From Promethearchaeota archaeon (GTDB lineage Archaea; Asgardarchaeota; Lokiarchaeia; Sigyniarchaeales; SOKP01): a DNA stretch of 64,000 bases. Below the pieces are notes generated by a model, which did not search any database, had not been told where the DNA came from, and saw nothing but the letters and a program-made list of their open reading frames with translations. The DNA lies in the NCBI GenBank assembly GCA_048939015.1, contig JBHLPW010000017.1:15584-79583 (forward strand), written 5' to 3'. The number at the start of each line of letters is the position of its first letter. Within the stretch, counting starts at the first letter, position 1. Below are positions 1 to 9,940 of the stretch, in pieces. Made by a program: the position numbers and the translations under genes.

Positions 1-1
1 A

Positions 2-1105
2 AGGTTTAAACGACGAAAATTCACTGAATTTCATACAACTTTCATGCAAAATGGTGAGTCACCCAAACCTGGGGAAATTCTTAAACTTCCAACTCTTGGA
101 AAAACTTTAAGGACAATAGCAGAAAGTGAGGGTGAAGCATTTTATAGTGGGATATTAGCTAAAAAGATCGTTGAATATGCTAAGAAAACAGGAGGATTAA
201 TTACTCTTGATGATCTAGAAAATCATAAAGCAACGTGGGAAAATACACTTAAAATAGAATTTAATGATGTATCCTTACATGAAATCCCTCCTAATGGACA
301 AGGATTATCAGCTTTAATTACTTTAGGAATTTTAAAGAATTTTAATCTAAGTAATTATGAAATCGATTCTCCAGATTGCTTACATTTACAAATTGAAGCA
401 ATGAAATTAGCCTTTGCTGATGCATATCGATATATATCTGATAAATCAACACTAGAATTTGACCCTTCTTCACTGCTTGAATCAAACTATTTAAGTAAAA
501 GAGCAGACTTGATTGACATTAATAATGCTAACCAATTTAATGCAGGGATCCCGGATTATGGAGATACTGTCTATTTAAGTACTGCAGATGCTGATGGAAT
601 AATGGTTTCATATATACAATCAAATTATATGGGATTTGGATCTGGAATAGTTGTACCTGAAACTGGTATATCACTTCAAAATCGAGCTAATGGATTTAAT
701 CTAATCGAAGGGCATCCAAATCAAATTGGACCAAATAAGAGACCTTATCATACAATAATTCCTGCATTTGTAACTAAAAATAGAGAACCTTTAATGTCAT
801 TCGGAGTAATGGGTGGTTCGATGCAACCACAAGGACACGTTCAAATGATGGTTAGGATATTTGAATATGCTCAAAATCCACAAACTGCTATAGATGCACC
901 TAGGTGGAGAGTATTGGACAATCTTAAAGTAATTTTTGAATCTGGTTTCAAAAAGAATGTATATGAAGAATTATCTAATCTAGGGCATCAAATCTCAAAA
1001 GAGTTTTTTTATAACTTTGGTGGGGCTCAAATAATATATAATCTTGAAGATGGTTATATTGGTGCATCAGATTGGCGTAAAGATGGGCAAGCAGTTGGAT
1101 TTTAA
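2..1105 (+). CDS. ggt: Gamma-glutamyltransferase (5'-truncated by window edge)
   Basis: Frame is open from position 2. HEIPPNGQG, nucleophile Thr in GDTVYLSTAD, GFGSG, KRPYHTIIP, GVMGG..QPQGH and C-terminal SDWRKDG are GGT motifs. Confidence 0.95.
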   Translation, partial: RFKRRKFTEFHTTFMQNGESPKPGEILKLPTLGKTLRTIAESEGEAFYSGILAKKIVEYAKKTGGLITLDDLENHKATWENTLKIEFNDVSLHEIPPNGQGLSALITLGILKNFNLSNYEIDSPDCLHLQIEAMKLAFADAYRYISDKSTLEFDPSSLLESNYLSKRADLIDINNANQFNAGIPDYGDTVYLSTADADGIMVSYIQSNYMGFGSGIVVPETGISLQNRANGFNLIEGHPNQIGPNKRPYHTIIPAFVTKNREPLMSFGVMGGSMQPQGHVQMMVRIFEYAQNPQTAIDAPRWRVLDNLKVIFESGFKKNVYEELSNLGHQISKEFFYNFGGAQIIYNLEDGYIGASDWRKDGQAVGF

Positions 1106-1263
1106 ATGAATTCTTATATGTAAGAGAATAATAACATTTTCCAGTTTTAAAATTCTTAATAAAATTAAAGAATTTATAGTGTTCAAGCAAATTTTTTAAA
1201 TTTGACTTAATTCTCTCAATTAAATCTGTTGAATAAATTAAGAATTAGAGAGATATTAGAAAT

Positions 1264-1860
1264 ATGAATTATGATCGAAAAGATATATTATACAGCTTTA
1301 AAATAGTGATTTGTGGTGCAAGTAGCGTAGGTAAGACATGTTTATTTAACAGATATTGTTTTAATTCATTCAATTTTGATACATCTCCGACAATTGGAAT
1401 AAATTTTCATTCAATTAATTTAGAAATAAATATGGAGAAAGAATTGAATGTAAAGAAAGAATATTATATCAATAATTCTATTTTTGATTTCGGAGGACAA
1501 GAGAGATTTGCTCCATTAATTCCTAAATTTATAGAAGGTGCCAATGGAGCTTTATTAGTCTTTGATTCTGTTAATTACAATTCATTTAATCAATTAGATT
1601 TTTGGTATGATAAAATAATAGAGAATGCAAGCCATCCACAGATTCCTATAATCTTAGTAGGCAGTAAGAGCGATTTAATAAATAAGACTTCTGATTCAGA
1701 AATCGTTAGTGATGATTTGATTTCTGATTTTTTAGAAAAACGAAATTTATCAAACTTTCATAGGACTTCAGCTTTAGAAAATTACAATGTTTTAGAGGTT
1801 TTCAAAAAGCTAAATAATTTAATGCTAAAACAAAAGCACTTATCCTATGTAGTAGTATAA
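1264..1860 (+). CDS. Ras-superfamily (Rab-like) small GTPase
   Basis: G1 GASSVGKT, G2 TIG, G3 DFGGQERF, G4 GSKSD, G5 TSAL; no C-terminal Cys. Confidence 0.93.
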   Translation: MNYDRKDILYSFKIVICGASSVGKTCLFNRYCFNSFNFDTSPTIGINFHSINLEINMEKELNVKKEYYINNSIFDFGGQERFAPLIPKFIEGANGALLVFDSVNYNSFNQLDFWYDKIIENASHPQIPIILVGSKSDLINKTSDSEIVSDDLISDFLEKRNLSNFHRTSALENYNVLEVFKKLNNLMLKQKHLSYVVV

Positions 1861-1878
1861 AAAGGAAACAGAAGAACT

Positions 1879-2952
1879 CTAATATTCTCTAAAATAAACA
1901 TAATCAGAGAAAATATTAAAAAATACCTTTTCTTTTCTATTCAAATCTGGATAAATATCTCTTAAGTGATTTCTAGATTGTTCTAAAAGGTTTTTCGCTA
2001 AATGTTCAGCAATCATCAGGGCATTAGTTTTCGTAAATATATCTTTCACTTCTTCTACATCATTTTTTGTCAATTTTTCCTTATGATAGATTTCATTTAA
2101 TCTCTTAGATTGTTCTTCATCTGTATTTTGCACAGCTAAGATATAAATAATTTTTTTTTGTTTTCCTTTAATATCATCCTCTAAATCAAGAATGTCATCT
2201 CGAATTGAATGAGCTTGACCAATTTGTAACATCGCTTCGCTCAAAGGTTTAATTTGGTAATGAAGGTTGCCTTTACCCAAAATAGCTCCAATTTTGGTGG
2301 ATTTCTCAAATATTCTTGCTTTTTGATATTCTGCAATGTTTAAATACTGCTCAAGTGACATAGTGATGTTATTATAGTTCATGTATTCTTCCATTAATTG
2401 TCCTTTCATAACGTAATCCATTGCTTCAGTATATTCATTTATCGCTAGCAATTTTAAATGTTCTGGGAATTTTGAAGATTTCAAAATATCTAGACCTAAA
2501 AGATAACCTTGAGATCCTCCTAGAATACTCATATCTCGCCCATATAATCCAATGACAGTATTTTTATTTTGTAAATTTATTCCTTTTAATACCTGATCTA
2601 ATTCGTTTTTTAATTGTTCATGAAAGGTAGGTTTATCTCTTCTAATTTTATCGTCATCCAATAGATCATCATGAATTAAATGTGCGCTGTGTAATAATTC
2701 AACAGCAATTGATACTCTATGGATTTGTTCAATTTGATCTTCTAAATACATGGGATTAACAATACCGGCAAAAGCAGCATTTAATAATACAGGATGAATT
2801 CTTTTTGCTTTATCATTTAAAATAAATTCTTTTAATTGAGTTATAAAATCTCTAAGAAGTAAATCTTTTTCCGTTTTTAATAATTGAGCAAAGTATTTCT
2901 TCAATTCATTGTTAACAACAGTAATTTCATTTTTAAAGAATTCTTCAATCAT
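1879..2952 (-). CDS. trans-Isoprenyl (polyprenyl) diphosphate synthase
   Basis: KRIHP, FARM LIHDDLLDDDKIRR, GQ, SARM RDDILD. Confidence 0.9.
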   Translation of the reverse strand: MIEEFFKNEITVVNNELKKYFAQLLKTEKDLLLRDFITQLKEFILNDKAKRIHPVLLNAAFAGIVNPMYLEDQIEQIHRVSIAVELLHSAHLIHDDLLDDDKIRRDKPTFHEQLKNELDQVLKGINLQNKNTVIGLYGRDMSILGGSQGYLLGLDILKSSKFPEHLKLLAINEYTEAMDYVMKGQLMEEYMNYNNITMSLEQYLNIAEYQKARIFEKSTKIGAILGKGNLHYQIKPLSEAMLQIGQAHSIRDDILDLEDDIKGKQKKIIYILAVQNTDEEQSKRLNEIYHKEKLTKNDVEEVKDIFTKTNALMIAEHLAKNLLEQSRNHLRDIYPDLNRKEKVFFNIFSDYVYFREY

Positions 2953-3055
2953 AAATAATTCACAAAAAGTTCATTTATAATATAAAACATTTATTAATGT
3001 AATTTAATTATATCTAAATTCGATCAATTTTTAACTACTAGGAGAATGTGAGAGA

Positions 3056-3568
3056 ATGAGAATAGCAGTATTAAGTGATACACATGATAATATTCAAAAT
3101 ATAACTAAAGCAGTGTCAATAATCAATAAGAGTAATATAGATGCACTTATTCACTGTGGAGATTATGTCGCTCCATTTGTAAAGCGTTGGTTTGATAAAT
3201 TAGATGATTCGATAAAAAAGAAATTTTATGGTGTTTTTGGAAATAACGATGGAGATAAACTATTTTTAACACAAAATTTAGGTCAAATATGTGAGTTTGC
3301 GGAGAATGGTAATGAAATGATTTTAGAACTGGCAGGAAAACGAATATTTGTATCCCATATGCCTAAACAAAAAACTATTGAAGCTTTAGCTAATTCTGGG
3401 AGTTTTGATATTATTTTAACCGGTCATACTCATAGTTTATCAAATAAAAAACTGGATAACGGTGTTTTAGTTGTGAATCCTGGTGAATTATGTGGGTATT
3501 TAACAGGAAAAGCTACTTTTGTGATTATAGATACTGATAAAATGGAATCTGAAATAATAGAATTGTAG
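3056..3568 (+). CDS. Metallophosphoesterase, YfcE/MJ0936 family
   Basis: SDTHDN, HCGD, GNND, SH, GHTH, NPG motifs. Confidence 0.92.
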   Translation: MRIAVLSDTHDNIQNITKAVSIINKSNIDALIHCGDYVAPFVKRWFDKLDDSIKKKFYGVFGNNDGDKLFLTQNLGQICEFAENGNEMILELAGKRIFVSHMPKQKTIEALANSGSFDIILTGHTHSLSNKKLDNGVLVVNPGELCGYLTGKATFVIIDTDKMESEIIEL

Positions 3569-3694
3569 CATGAAATACACATTTTTTCTTTTTCAATTAT
3601 AACAATAAATTTTATTTATTCATTCATTTATTTAAAGATGTAATAAAATTCATATTGAATCATCTCTTAAATTCACGATTCTAATTTTTCAAAT

Positions 3695-5113
3695 ATGGAT
3701 CTGTCACCTTATATTATATATAAAGACTTCAAAAATGGAAGAATAAATAAAAAAAGAGCTTTAGATCTATTAATTTCATTAATTGAAAACGATCTAGAAC
3801 ATCAAGAAAAAACAAGAATTTTAGCTATTAAATTTTTAGGGCTATTACATCCAAAAGAAAAGCGAATTTTTGATTTTATTGAGAATATATTAATTTCGGA
3901 TTTAAATGAATATATGCGTGAACAAGCCGCTAATATTTTAATTCGTTATTATCCAGATAGAGCTGCAAAACCAATTGCATGGGTGTTAAAAAATGAAAAA
4001 GAGAGTGATTTTACTTGTTCCTTAATAAAATCAATAGAAAAAACTGCAAGTGACTATTTAAAAAGTGTTTTAAAAATCAAGAAATATGTTAATTTCCATG
4101 GAAGTATTATATTTACTTCAGATTCTGAAAAACTCATTAATCTCAATTCTAAGAACATCAATAAAATAGATGAAATCAAAAATTTAGATGGTTTAACTGA
4201 TTTAAAAAAGATTTATCTTAACTATAATCAAATTTCGGAAATCAAAGGTTTGGAGAAAAATACTAACTTACGATCTTTACACTTACAAGGAAATAAAATT
4301 ATAAAAATAGGTGATCTATCTCATTTAAAAAAACTTGAATATTTGTATTTGAACAATAATGAGATCTCAAAAATAGAAGGAATTACTGATCTTAAAAACC
4401 TGAAATCTTTCATAATATATGATAATTATATCTCAAAAATTGAAAACTTAGAAAATCTGTCCAACTTAGAAGTTTTAAATCTAAGAAATAATCATATTTC
4501 TGAAATAAATGGCCTTGAAAGCTTATCCAATTTAAAAAGATTAGATCTTAGTAATAATAAATTATTAGAGATTAAAGGAGTAGAAAATCTAACTAAATTA
4601 GAATTTCTAGATTTAAGTCATAATGAAATAAATAAAGTAAAGGGATTAGAGAATCTACGAAAATTGAAATTTCTAGATCTTCGAAATAATAAAATCCAAA
4701 ATATAAAGGGATTGGAAGAATTAAAAAAATTACAGCACTTATACATTGGATTTAATCCAATTATCGATGATATAAATATAGATCTTTTGAACCATATTAA
4801 AGTACTTGATATCAAAAATACCGAAGGATTATTTATTCCAGAGAAAATATGGAATGTATATCCAGATGAGTCAAAATTGAGAGAAGAATTGTTTTTGAAT
4901 CAAAATAAGATAAGAGATATCAAATTTATATACGAAAAATTTGATTCTCAGTCTATTCTTAGAGAGATGAGTAAAAAGAGAAATCCATTAGAATTTTTTA
5001 CAAATTCTTCTTGGATGGTTATCTGGAAAAATAATGAATATGAATTATTTCGATTAAGCATTCTTGGAGACATTAAATGGATTCAAAGAAGTAAAAAAGT
5101 TCATATTCACTAA
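3695..5113 (+). CDS. HEAT-like N-terminus plus SDS22-type leucine-rich repeat protein
   Basis: About 9-10 repeats of 22 aa (LxxLxxLxLxxNxIxxIxGLE); N-terminal helical repeats (RILAIKFLG, REQAANIL). Confidence 0.88.
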   Translation: MDLSPYIIYKDFKNGRINKKRALDLLISLIENDLEHQEKTRILAIKFLGLLHPKEKRIFDFIENILISDLNEYMREQAANILIRYYPDRAAKPIAWVLKNEKESDFTCSLIKSIEKTASDYLKSVLKIKKYVNFHGSIIFTSDSEKLINLNSKNINKIDEIKNLDGLTDLKKIYLNYNQISEIKGLEKNTNLRSLHLQGNKIIKIGDLSHLKKLEYLYLNNNEISKIEGITDLKNLKSFIIYDNYISKIENLENLSNLEVLNLRNNHISEINGLESLSNLKRLDLSNNKLLEIKGVENLTKLEFLDLSHNEINKVKGLENLRKLKFLDLRNNKIQNIKGLEELKKLQHLYIGFNPIIDDINIDLLNHIKVLDIKNTEGLFIPEKIWNVYPDESKLREELFLNQNKIRDIKFIYEKFDSQSILREMSKKRNPLEFFTNSSWMVIWKNNEYELFRLSILGDIKWIQRSKKVHIH

Positions 5114-5194
5114 TTTTTATTAATTTAGGATTTAAATTTCAATAATGTCAAACTTTTCCTCTACACTTTTATTTTATCTTTATTTTTTAATATT

Positions 5195-6409
5195 ATGTCA
5201 TTACCATTAGAAGGGATAGTTGTATTAGATCTAACCAGAATGCTACCAGGACCATATTGTTCTATGATACTCTCTGATCTTGGGGCAACTGTTATTAAAG
5301 TTGAAGATCCATATTATCCTTATGGACATCCACCTCCTTTCTTTCAAAAAGGGAGATATCGTGAAAGTGCATTTAATTTTATCCTCAATAGAAATAAACA
5401 ATCAATAACATTAAACTTAAAAAAAGAAAAAGCAAGAGAAATTTTTTATCAATTAGTTAAAAAAGCTGATGTAGTTCTAGATACATTTCGACCCAAAGTA
5501 ACATCCAAATTGAAAATTGATTATAATACATTGGCCTCAATAAATCCATCAATAATTTGTTGTTCATTAACAGGATATGGCCAATATGGCCCATATGAAC
5601 AGATAGCAGGTCATGATCTTAATTATATTGGTATTTGTGGTATTCTAGAATTGAATAAAGAACGAGTAGTTTATGGTGATAATACTAAGGAGAGAAAACC
5701 TATAAATCCAGGTGTTCAAGTTGCTGATATTGGAGGCGGGTTAGTATCAGCCATAGGAATTTTAGGTGCAGTTATTGAAAGAGAAAAAAATCCTGAAAGA
5801 AAAGGTCAATTTATTGATATTTCTATGACAGATTGTGTATTTTCTTTCATGCCTCTTGTTGCAGCATATCATTTTTCTCAAAATTTAAATGAGGGTGTTG
5901 AAACACAAAATCCCTTACACGGTGATTTTCCTTTTTATAATGTATATAAAACAAAAGATAACAAGTTTTTATCTGTGGGGATAGTTGAAGTTAAATTTTG
6001 GCGAGAATTCTGCGAAGGTCTTAATCGTGAGGATTTAAAACCAGCTCAATTTGTTAAAGGACAAGAAAGAGAAGAATTGTTCAAAGAAATACAAACTGAA
6101 TTATTAAAGAAAACTCAAAATGAGTGGATGAGTATTTTTAAGAACTTAGATGCTTGTGTTATGCCCGTGAATACTTTTGCTGATGCATGTAAGGATCCTC
6201 AAATTAAAGCTCGAGATATGGTCATAGATATAGAACATCCCAAATTTGGTAATGTCAAAAATGTGGCTTCACCTATTAAATATTCACGAACTCCTTTAAA
6301 TATTCGAAGTCTTGCTCCTAAAATGGGACAAGAAACAGAAGATATACTAAAAAGCCTTGGGTATTTAGATGAGGATATTCGTGGGTTTAAAAAAAAAGGA
6401 GTTATTTAA
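5195..6409 (+). CDS. Family III CoA-transferase (CaiB/BaiF)
   Basis: LEGIVVLDLTRMLPGP, NRNKQS, GYGQYGP, GHDLNY, catalytic Asp in VADIGGG. Confidence 0.93.
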   Translation: MSLPLEGIVVLDLTRMLPGPYCSMILSDLGATVIKVEDPYYPYGHPPPFFQKGRYRESAFNFILNRNKQSITLNLKKEKAREIFYQLVKKADVVLDTFRPKVTSKLKIDYNTLASINPSIICCSLTGYGQYGPYEQIAGHDLNYIGICGILELNKERVVYGDNTKERKPINPGVQVADIGGGLVSAIGILGAVIEREKNPERKGQFIDISMTDCVFSFMPLVAAYHFSQNLNEGVETQNPLHGDFPFYNVYKTKDNKFLSVGIVEVKFWREFCEGLNREDLKPAQFVKGQEREELFKEIQTELLKKTQNEWMSIFKNLDACVMPVNTFADACKDPQIKARDMVIDIEHPKFGNVKNVASPIKYSRTPLNIRSLAPKMGQETEDILKSLGYLDEDIRGFKKKGVI

Positions 6410-6416
6410 AATATCA

Positions 6417-6809
6417 TCAAAATATTTGGAATTCAATTATTAATATCAACGCTGCGATTAAAAGAGAAAAAATACTAAACACCATTAATGTTATAAACAT
6501 AGGCCAATCTTTTAACTGCCCATAAAATCCTGCGGCATTTATAGTCGAATATATTGCCATTCCAATTGCTATGAAGAAAATTGCTAAACCCCATGGTTGA
6601 TTCATTAAAAATCCAATCCCACCGATTATTAAAACAACTGCTGTAATAAATTCAGCTGCTAAGTGAAAAAATATTTGAGTCGGTTTAGTTTTAAGTTCTG
6701 GTACTTCTCTTTTAAATAATAAAAGAAACCACATACCTAGCATTGTGATTCCTATTAATATTGTATAGACTGAAGCAATTAATTCAAGAACTATATTATT
6801 CACCTTCAA
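6417..6809 (-). CDS. Small 4-TM membrane protein, unknown function
   Basis: Four hydrophobic segments. Start uncertain (TTG 6809, GTG 6803 or ATA 6794 after an AAGGTGA SD-like motif). Confidence 0.75.
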   Translation of the reverse strand: MKVNNIVLELIASVYTILIGITMLGMWFLLLFKREVPELKTKPTQIFFHLAAEFITAVVLIIGGIGFLMNQPWGLAIFFIAIGMAIYSTINAAGFYGQLKDWPMFITLMVFSIFSLLIAALILIIEFQIF

Positions 6810-7053
6810 TGAGTTATTTGAATCAAATTTATTAATATTTATATTTACTTAAATTTTCTGTAAAAAAAATATGATTAATATTGTCTAGTAATGTATAAAT
6901 TATAATTTCGTTGAGTTTTAGAATTTAAACAAATCCTTTACAGCATGAGATTCAGGTTTATTAGTTTTTTATTTATAATTTTATTCTTAAGTTTTAAAGA
7001 TATTAGAAAATTAATGATAATAATATAATTTTACAAATTTTGCTATAATCTCT

Positions 7054-7548
7054 ATGAATGTTGATAATTACTTATATGAAACGATATTAGAATCAGGAAT
7101 AGATTTGATTTTATCATTACCATGTATCTTATTAAAGGGGCTTCTAGAAATAATTGATGAAAAAGGTGAAATTCAAAAAATCCCTATAACTCGCGAAGAA
7201 GAAGGAATAGGAATTGCAGCAGGTGCTTATTTAGGCGGAAGGACTCCTGCACTTTTGATACAAAATTCAGGTTTAGGCAATTCGGTAAACGCTATAAAAT
7301 CACTTCTTGAATTATATGAAATTCCCATTGTATTTATAATGAGTCATAGAGGTGTTGAAGGAGAGAAGATAATGGCACAAATACCAATGGGACAACTAAC
7401 TCCACGGTTATTAGACCTATTAAATATTAAAAAGTACATTATAGATTCATTAGAAAAGGTAATTGAAATTAAAAATGCTGTTGAATTTAGTAAGAGTTCT
7501 AATAAATCAGTTGGAATTCTTTTAAAAAGAGAATTATGGAGGAAATGA
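7054..7548 (+). CDS. comD: Sulfopyruvate decarboxylase alpha subunit
   Basis: LPC, TREEEGIGIAAGAYLGG, QNSGLGN, SHRG..GE; TPP-enzyme PYR domain. Confidence 0.85.
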   Translation: MNVDNYLYETILESGIDLILSLPCILLKGLLEIIDEKGEIQKIPITREEEGIGIAAGAYLGGRTPALLIQNSGLGNSVNAIKSLLELYEIPIVFIMSHRGVEGEKIMAQIPMGQLTPRLLDLLNIKKYIIDSLEKVIEIKNAVEFSKSSNKSVGILLKRELWRK

Positions 7549-7549
7549 G

Positions 7550-8110
7550 ATGAAAAGATTTGATGCTATTAAAAAAATTGTAGAATCATTGAACAATGAA
7601 TTGATTGTTTGTAATCTCGGTGCACCCTGCCGTGAATTATTTAGTATCTCAGATCGCCTCTCAAACTTTTATATGTTAGGATCTATGGGACTAGCTAGCT
7701 CGATAGCTCTAGGTGTTGCTCTCACTCAACCTAATAAAATAGTATGGTGTATAGATGGAGATGGTTCCATATTAATGAATCTTGGGAGTTTAAGTACAAT
7801 TGCTAATAATCAGCCAAATAATCTAACTCTGATAATTATTGATAATTCAACGTATGGATCTACTGGAAATCAGAGGACTTATACAAGTGGTAAGACAAAT
7901 TTAAAAATCATTGCTGAAGGTGCGGGATTTAAATCGATTACAATTATTAAAAAAGAAGGAGATATTGTTCATACACTTAAAAACTTAGGATTTGGATGTC
8001 ATTTTGTTCTTATTAAAACTCAACCAGGTAATGCTCTAGTAGATAATGTCCCATTACTCCCTAAAGACATAAAAGCACGATTTATGAGATTATTAACAAG
8101 AAAAGATTAA
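7550..8110 (+). CDS. comE: Sulfopyruvate decarboxylase beta subunit
   Basis: MKRFDAI, NFYMLGSMGLASSIALG, TPP motif DGDGS...IDN, YGSTGNQ; 1 nt after the comD stop. Confidence 0.85.
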   Translation: MKRFDAIKKIVESLNNELIVCNLGAPCRELFSISDRLSNFYMLGSMGLASSIALGVALTQPNKIVWCIDGDGSILMNLGSLSTIANNQPNNLTLIIIDNSTYGSTGNQRTYTSGKTNLKIIAEGAGFKSITIIKKEGDIVHTLKNLGFGCHFVLIKTQPGNALVDNVPLLPKDIKARFMRLLTRKD

Positions 8111-8225
8111 ATTGGAACCCTCGCAAGTTGCTAAATACCTTAATTAGAAAGTCTATACATAATTTTAATTAGGTATGCTATTATTATTTCTTTAGACCTA
8201 GTTTAAAAATTAGAGAAATATCAAT

Positions 8226-9836
8226 ATGTCAGAGAAATTCGAAAAATCCAATAATAATAGAAATTCAAATAATGAAAAAACGGATACTAATTTCGAGAAT
8301 AATAATATTAAAGAAGAGAAGCAAATTGAAAAAATAAGTAAGCCAGTAGTTATTAGAGCAGACGCTTATAAGACAATAATTCTGTATGCAAGCAGATATG
8401 CAAATAAATCAATACCTTCAGAACAATGGAAGGAAATTTATGGTATTTTAATTGGTAAATCTGATGAAGATTTAGTATATGTAGAACGAGCAGAGGCTTT
8501 AACGTTTGGTCATGCTACAGATGTGCAATTAGATGAAAGACATTACGGTTTCATTGAGAATATTCAAGAAACCCTTGATAAAGAAGGAAAAGGATATTAT
8601 ATGGTAGGATGGTTCCATAGTCATCCTGGATTAAACTTATTCTTCTCTTACATAGATTTAATTAATCAACTTGGTTTTCAGCAAAATAACGACGATTTTT
8701 GTGGGTTGGTATTCGATCACACATTATTAGGAAAGAAAAAACAAGATATTGTAAAAAATGAAGATGGTTCTGAATATACAATGACTAAATATGATACTGG
8801 TTTTGAAATTTATCGGATTACTGATGTTAATATGGATGTTAATGATGCCCAGTTTGATTCAAATTATTATAAAATAGATTATGTTGTAGATGGATTAAAT
8901 AAATTTTTCTTTGCGAATGTGCTATCAGAACTCTCGGCATTAGTTACTGAAGGAAAACCTTTACAATCTGCTTATGGAGAAAAAGCAACACCACCAATAA
9001 ATACCATAGCATCATCAGAACAAGAAACTAAGCAGCCTTCTTACTTTGATAATGAACTTAGTGGTATTGCAACTAAAGATTTATTAACTGAAATTCCCAT
9101 GACAGAAGATATTGCGTTCGATGTGGATGATTTTTTTTATGGTGAAATAGATGCGAAGAAAAAACAGAAAGATGTAAAAGTAAGAGAAATCGCAGAGCAA
9201 TTGATTTATGAAGGAAACCAGGCATTTGATCGTAAAGATTCTTTTACTGGAATTGAAAAATTTAGACAAGGTATAAATAAATATAAGGAGATCAAAGATT
9301 TTGATAGAGTTTTAGATTTATTGAGAATTGTTTCGCATAATTGCATTTCAAATGACCATCTGATTTTAGCTGATGAATTTACTGATGATCTATATAAACT
9401 CGCAAAGAAGCGAAATCACAATTTTTACTTAGGAATAGCAAATTATATTAAGGGATATTTGTTATTGAAGCGAGCAGATAATGAAGTTTTAGAGGAAGCG
9501 CTAAATAGAATTCAAGATGCTGCTATAATTTTTGAAAAAGAAGGAGATTTTGCAGGCGCAGGAATGTGCTTCAATAAAATTGGTACAATATATCAATCAA
9601 GACTTCATAAACTAGAAAATGCATGTCTATTTTATAGAGCTGCAATTGAGAATTTTAATAAAGCTATTGTAAAGATGCATCCATTACGAACATCCTTTTG
9701 GAATAAAGCAGAATTACTTATCCAAAAAGTAATGGAATTACGAGATATTGTGGATGAATTATTGCCAAATCTCGAAAATGTTGAATTGAAAAATAAAATT
9801 ATTAAAGACTTGAAAGATATTCAGTATAATTTTTAG
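8226..9836 (+). CDS. MPN+/JAMM metalloprotease domain fused to C-terminal TPR/SNAP-like helical repeats
   Basis: EIYGILIG...VGWFHSHPGLNLFFSYID gives the full E...HxH-x7-S-x2-D JAMM motif. C-terminal helical repeats such as AAIIFEKEGDFAGAGMCFNKIG. Confidence 0.85.
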   Translation: MSEKFEKSNNNRNSNNEKTDTNFENNNIKEEKQIEKISKPVVIRADAYKTIILYASRYANKSIPSEQWKEIYGILIGKSDEDLVYVERAEALTFGHATDVQLDERHYGFIENIQETLDKEGKGYYMVGWFHSHPGLNLFFSYIDLINQLGFQQNNDDFCGLVFDHTLLGKKKQDIVKNEDGSEYTMTKYDTGFEIYRITDVNMDVNDAQFDSNYYKIDYVVDGLNKFFFANVLSELSALVTEGKPLQSAYGEKATPPINTIASSEQETKQPSYFDNELSGIATKDLLTEIPMTEDIAFDVDDFFYGEIDAKKKQKDVKVREIAEQLIYEGNQAFDRKDSFTGIEKFRQGINKYKEIKDFDRVLDLLRIVSHNCISNDHLILADEFTDDLYKLAKKRNHNFYLGIANYIKGYLLLKRADNEVLEEALNRIQDAAIIFEKEGDFAGAGMCFNKIGTIYQSRLHKLENACLFYRAAIENFNKAIVKMHPLRTSFWNKAELLIQKVMELRDIVDELLPNLENVELKNKIIKDLKDIQYNF

Positions 9837-9940
9837 TATTAATCTTAGATTACATAATATCATTATCTTTTTTTTGAAAATACAAAAAAAATATATTTTA
9901 AGAATAATTATCTAATATACTCCTTTTAGTGAAATTTTTC

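Noticed and set aside
1264-2952. Rab-like GTPase next to a prenyl synthase as a protein-prenylation system
   Set aside because: The GTPase has no C-terminal Cys, the enzyme is a chain-elongating synthase rather than a protein prenyltransferase, and the genes are convergent.
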